From Macrostomum lignano (Eukaryota), in assembly GCA_002269645.1 (NCBI GenBank), contig NIVC01003084.1, positions 56,759 through 120,758 of the forward strand: DNA of 64,000 bases, written 5' to 3'. The notes below the pieces were generated by a model. The model was not told the DNA's origin. It made no database searches and saw only the letters and a list, made by a program, of their open reading frames with translations. The translations under genes and the position numbers were made by a program. Position 1 is the stretch's first letter. Each line of letters begins with the position of its first letter. Of the stretch, positions 58,301 through 64,000 are shown one piece after another.

Positions 58301-61300
58301 CGGTGGGAGCGCCGGTGGGAGCGCCGGTGGGAGCGCCGGGCGCCGGTGTTCACACAGGGTGTACAGCAGCCCTGACTGTCCAATCGTCAGGCATGTACAG
58401 TCTCTGTGCCTTGGGGCTGGCCCTCATTGGTCGTGAATGGCTCAACGACCCCGACAAAATTTCGTGTGCAAGCTTTCAATTAATGAGGCTGCACAGGGAA
58501 TCGAGGAATCGAACCAACAGCCGTAGCGTGAGAGTCAGGCGCGTTTACCGCTGAGCCGATCTGCCCCAAACTACTCGTCTGGCCCTTTATCAACTGCAGT
58601 CAGTTTTTAGAATCAAAATCAATAAGGAAATGCATCGAAAAATCTGCTTCCGATTTTGCATTCATTAAGCCTTTCAGTTTTATTGGTCACTGAATAGAGA
58701 GAGTGATTTCTTATTTTTTGCTTTAACCCAATTATCCAAACCCAATAATTTAATTATATTTCCTTTTTAGAAAATTAATTGCTCAGTCTATCTCTATGCA
58801 GCGCTAATTAAAGAGCGGGAAGTCTCGTTTACCTAGGATTACCTATTCTGAGTAGAGTAGGGATCCTAGCGAGCATGAATAAGCGCTATTGCCTATTTTC
58901 TTCCCTGCAAACCAATTTAACTCTGAGAAAATAAGGTAATTTCGTAACAGGCTTTCGTAATGCATTGTCTAGATGTAGAGCTTTTTGCTACCGGTTTGGT
59001 TTGGATCTTTACTTCGGGATCCATCCCGTTGCTTAACTTGACATCCCCATTTGCATGATTTACTTGTGCGGCATTCTGCTTAACAGCCCCAGTCTACTGC
59101 ACTGACTTGCCAGGTACAACAGCAGCGAGCACCGCGTCCGATCCAGCGACATCGACCGCACGCTGATGAGCGCGCAGGCCTGTCTGGCGGGCCTGTTCCC
59201 GCCAACTGGCGACCAGGTGTGGCAGGCGGGGCTCAGCTGGCAGCCGATTCCGGTACACACGGTGGCTAGCAGCGCGGACCCGATGCTGCTGCCCAGCGAT
59301 TTCGAAGGCTGCAGACAGCGATTTGTCCAACTAACGACGGAGGCTCGTCGCAACTCGTCGGAGCGGCGACGCTTAGAAGTTGAGATGGCCGGCTTTCTGC
59401 GCCGCCTGTCGGCCGAGGCCGGCTCGGGACGCGGGTCAATTACGCTCAACAATGTCTACAAGGTAAGCCGCGGATGTTGCCATTGTTGTAGCCTTGCTTT
59501 CCGTTGTGCCCCGACATACGGTAGCTAATTGTACACCACCGTTGCCACATGGAGGCGCTGCCCGTCAGCAGCTGTGCCAGTTTCGCCCCAGCAGCAGCTA
59601 ATTGTATTGGCTCCAACTCATTTTTGAGTCGGAAATCTAATGCATTTGCATCACGTGTCTTCTGTATCGTCCCAGTTCCTGTTAGGGACCTTCGATTGGA
59701 TCAGCAGTCTTAGGGAGGCAGATTTCTTTAATTAAAGGATGCATGGCATTGTCACATGCACTTACTGTCGTTTTTTTATACGACTAGACATTAACGTTCT
59801 TCATGAACTTCTGTCATTGGTTTTTATGGCACAGTGCAGCTATTACAGGCACCGAGTCCAGAAGTCGGAAGACACGAGAAACTTTGGGGGGGGGGTTCCA
59901 GGCCAAGATTTTTTACTTCGAGAGGTGAACTCTGGATAAGATGGGATGATGGATAGGATTGATAGACTTTATTAATCGCTCAATAAAAACTATACGGATT
60001 TGTTCGTCTCCAATAAAAGGGCCTTACATAAGCATTTATCATAATTATTAATTAATTTTAGAGAGTAACTTGCAATCTTGTCCCCCCTTCGGGGCGCCCC
60101 ATTAGCAAGGGACGGAAATTATTTACGTGAATCCTATTTGCCTTGACTTCTTAGCAATTCCCCAGTAAGCCTTGACATCTCAGCAATTCCCCAGTAAGCC
60201 TTGACATCTCAGCAATCCCCCCCCCCAGTAAGCCTTGACATCTCAGCAATCCCCCCAGTAAGCCTTGACATCTCAACAATTCCCCAGTAAGCCTTGACAT
60301 CTCAGCAATCCCCCCCAGTAAGCCTTGACATCTCAGCAATCCCCCCAGTAAGCCTTGACATCTCAACAATTCCCCAGTAAGCCTTGACATCTCAGCAATC
60401 CCCCCCCAGTAAGCCTTGACATCTCAGCAATCCCCCCAGTAAGCCTTGACATCTCAGCAATCCCCCCAGTAAGCCTTGACATCTCAGCAATTCCCCAGTA
60501 AGCCTTGACATCTCAGTGATTCCCCCAATAAGCCTTGACATCTCAGCAATTCCCCCAGTAAGCATTGACATCTCAGCAATCATTGAGAGCATCTCGCCGC
60601 CCCACCTTGACAGGTGATTGACACTCTGATGGTGCTTCGCACAGCCAATCTCAGCCTGCCAGCCTGGGCCCTGGTGCCGGACACTCAGCTTCGCCTGCGC
60701 CAGCTCGGCCGGTTCTCCTGGTCGGAATTCGCCAGCACCGTGGAGCTGCGACAAATGCGAAGCGGCGTCCTGATAGACGACCTCCTGTCCGGCATGGAGG
60801 ACGCGGCCGCTGGCCGAGGCCGACGCCTGATGATCTACTCTGGCCACGATGTGACCCTGGTGCCGCTTCTAGCCGCCCTTGGCAACAAGGACTACTCGTG
60901 TGGCCGAACTACGCCGCCTGCCTGATGTTCGAGCTGCACGCAACTGCAGCCCGGAACGGCTCGCTGGCCGAGGTGAAAATCTTCTACAGGAATGACAGCC
61001 AGGCGGAGCCGCTGCCCATCCGGGTCCCCGGCTGCGGCGCTGGCCTCAATTGCCCGCTGCACCGACTGGCTGCGCTGCTGGCCGGCTGCCGCCTCAGCCC
61101 CGGCCAGTTCCGCAGCCTCTGCCTCGGCGACTCGGGACACGATGGCACTGGCCAAGCCGTGTCCTTGGACTCAACTATTACTAGAATTCTTATTGCCGTA
61201 GCCGTGGCGCTGCCATCAGTCATCCTGCTGCTAGCTGCTGTTCATTTTTTCTGGCTGCGCAGCTGGCTTGGCAGACGGCGCGATGAGTCACCGACAGTGG

Positions 61301-61335
61301 CCTATCACAGCCTGCTGAGCGAGGTCGAAAACTAG
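55351..61335 (+). CDS. ACP2: Histidine acid phosphatase, lysosomal type (ACP2-like). Exons: 55351-55395 (tentative), 56032-56297, 59114-59462, 60614-61335; 1-nt frameshift near 60887-60890
   Basis: Signal-peptide-like segment, catalytic [49 protein letters not shown] and YSGHD, then [12 protein letters not shown], a C-terminal TM helix and a tail with YHSL (YxxPhi). Exon phases are consistent. Confidence 0.85.
56993..57300 (+). mobile_element. tRNA-derived SINE (acid phosphatase intron 2)
   Basis: A box TAGCCCAGTGG, B box GGCTCGATTCC, core CCCCAAGGCGCAG...TGTACATGCC...AGGGCCGCTGTACAC. Confidence 0.7.
58345..58567 (-). mobile_element. tRNA-derived SINE, inverted relative to the 56993 copy
   Basis: Minus strand TCGGCTCAGCGG and GGTTCGATTCC, core CCCCAAGGCACAG...TGTACATGCC...AGGGCTGCTGTACAC. 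Confidence 0.7.
60152..60580. repeat. Minisatellite of about 28-31 bp, CAGTAAGCCTTGACATCTCAGCAATC(C)n (acid phosphatase intron 3)
   Basis: Direct periodicity with a variable poly-C run. Confidence 0.92.
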
Positions 61336-64000
61336 CTGGTTGTACATGTAGTTAGGCTAATACACACACCGCAATACTGGTTATTACAGAATCTGTAATC
61401 TGTAGCGTGCGGTCAAATAGTTTCTTTGCAATCTATTTAATTTGATTAGCCTTTTGCCGGATAACTCTGACAATAAAGCCTGCTAAGGATGAAAATCGCA
61501 GTCCATCGTATTGTAAATTTAGGAATCCAGCGCAGATTACGATCGCGATCGAACTATTAGTGAGTACAGGGGCTGAGAATTCGAAGCTTTTATTCTAATA
61601 GAAAGCGTCAGTCAGAATTAGAGTCTACTTTCAGAGAAAACTCCCCTCTCTACCCCAAGTCTGGAATTTTCCATAGCAGACCGACAGAATCCGGGGCTCC
61701 GGAGTCGAGGCCACAGTTCAGAGCAAATTATCTATACTGTTGTTGTTGCAGCGTCTTGTCTCGAACTGCAGTCTGGATTTTAGTGTTGAAAGACCATTTT
61801 TAGTATACGGATTCTGTGCCTTCTTGCGCCAGGAAATTTTAGCGCTCGCTGGACTATTTTAGTGGGCTGCCTGCAAACTTTATGGGTGAATAATTATACA
61901 TACACATTTAGAATTATTTGGACTTTCAATAAATTTTCATGACTTCAGTTAGAAATATCCTCGCTTTGGCAACTAACGGTAGAAAAAGAGTTCATTTGAC
62001 AGACTTGTGTTGGAAAATATGAATAAAGCGTATTTTTAGCTTCAATTTTCACTTTTAGTATACAGGACTAACACTATTACCATCTGCTTAATTGTATTAG
62101 CTGAATAAAATTATTTCGATGAAAGCCCTCTGTCAGCTTCTCTGTAGTCTCATTATTCGCATTTAACGGTGCGCGCGTGGCTATATCGTGTTCTTAGAAA
62201 AATAAAAGGTATCTAGCTTATATTTTAGACATTGTTTGTTCCAATTCATCAATTTTATGACTTGGAAGTGGTGTCTTGTGAGTAATTTACTCTCTAAACT
62301 AGAACGGTCTTCCTGATCCTGTTTTATTTTTTAGTGCATAGAGACGACTAGGCTAAATTTGTTTTCTTGGTTATGGCAGATCCGGCTATGTTGCTAATTT
62401 TAAATCAAGAACCACTCAATACTAGGGACGTGAATAAGCTTCTATCTTCTTAGTGCTTTCCATTAAGGTGACAGTGAATTTGTGTCTGTGGTAAAAAACC
62501 TATTCAAGCAATGCTTTTTCGAGGACTGAGTTATTAATAGATCAACCTCCAACTTTTGTCGTTTCCTGTCCCTAGTGTTGAGCAAAGTCTGTTTGAAGCA
62601 GATAGTGACGGCTCGCTACGTTGATTTACTAAAAGCATACTAGGCGACATCAACACATGTACTATTGAGTAATTGCAAACTCTCACCGAAAAATCTCACT
62701 TTCAAACTCTCCCAAGCCTAGCTATAGCGGTCCGTTCCGTTTACTTTACACTAAAAGCAGGATTTTCTGGGTAAATATTTTTACCTAAATGATTATTTGC
62801 GTTATTAAAATTTCGTTACAATGCTATTCAATAAAGGGCTCTTTCCTAGTTTAAATGCTCTTTCAATGTGGGATTAACCAACAAGCAAATTATGAGCATA
62901 CAGTATACCAATTAAAATTTATATGCGAATACATGTACAAGAATGTTAACAATACCGGTAGCATCAGTGAGAACAATGGACTACAGTATAATCTGTATAT
63001 TCTAACAATATCTCCGTGAGAATTCTAGAATATTGGAAACTAAACTAACAGTTTCATCTTCATTGTTCGTACATAAACATGGCTATGTATGGCTACGCAA
63101 GATTCGGCTTATAGGAGCTTCTGCAGCCTTCTTCTTGCAGCAGTGCGCTCCTTTTCTCCGCTAAACCTGCGCATTCTCAGCCTGCACCAATGATGCCGAC
63201 GAACCCATGAGTACAGTCTCATGGTAGGTAGTTGCAGACTATTTAACATGTTCTTCACAGCAGGGTAGACTAACTCCAGAAATGCTTATATCAGGATGCA
63301 TGCCATCACGTCAGTGCAGCAGCGAGTTGCAGACGTCTCGTAGCGAAATAAAGCTCCACTTCATCAAATACAGCGATGCTGATTCCCAACGGCTGACATG
63401 ACATGAAAGGTTAAAGCTGTGTCAGACTTCGGACAGCAACTGACTTTTCCACGCACTGCAGTTAAAGGTCGTGACTGTTCGCAGCGTGTAGCCACCAATG
63501 TACACAGCATGACTTCTTCCACTTCGATCCGATCCATTGCAACGGGGCAAGCCACGTCTGGGCCATCCAATCTTTGAAAAGATTCCTGACTCAGCGCTAC
63601 ATCGCCATCGCATTCGCAGGTTTCGCTGGCGCTTAGTTGTTCGGCGATCCCCGACGGCGCCGGCAGAGTGCAATGCAGCAGTTCGGTTTTTCGTTGAAAC
63701 CGTTACGAATTGTAGCAAAACTGCAGTTCTAGAAGTAATAGTATGTATACTGTTTAACACTAGTACGCTCGTATATGCTATATCCATAGATATGTGCTGG
63801 ATATTCTCTCACTTACGTCAACATGTTCTTGGGTCAGACATCTCAGACAGACATAGCTGACATTTTTGTTACCAATTAAGCTCGCTATCAACTGTTCGCA
63901 GAGGCGGATCGACAGCAGCCAGCCTCCTTAAATGGCATACGAGTCTAGTTTGCATTCCTTGTGAAGCTCACGAGATGGAATTTCAGCTGATAACTAAACT

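Overview
Eukaryotic (animal) genomic DNA with spliceosomal GT-AG introns, GC-rich exons, AT-rich intergenic DNA and many tandem repeats. The style suggests an invertebrate, possibly a free-living flatworm such as Macrostomum (inference only). The left 26.5 kb holds four co-oriented minus-strand housekeeping genes, read right to left: CLP1 (3 exons), FBXW9 (3 exons, probable GC-AG intron), TPCN2 (9 exons) and one exon of a TRMT2A-like gene. Most of their long introns are filled by a different minisatellite, usually of 25-32 bp, and a 2373-bp higher-order repeat lies at 2.6-8.3 kb. About 26.6-32 kb is a discrete CpG-depleted, TpA-rich island of decayed transposons (BEL/Pao integrase, long-TIR elements). 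Further right are a mariner relic, a LINE nested in a Gypsy pol, a rhodopsin-like 7TM receptor with a frame break, RTE-like LINE fragments, a hAT MITE, a 5.3-kb LOA-like LINE (APE-RT-RNase H) with a 13-bp TSD, a tRNA-derived SINE family, and a lysosomal-type histidine acid phosphatase gene (4 coding exons, one frameshift). Exon boundaries were read by hand from splice signals and checked for phase; family assignments come from remembered motifs, not database searches.
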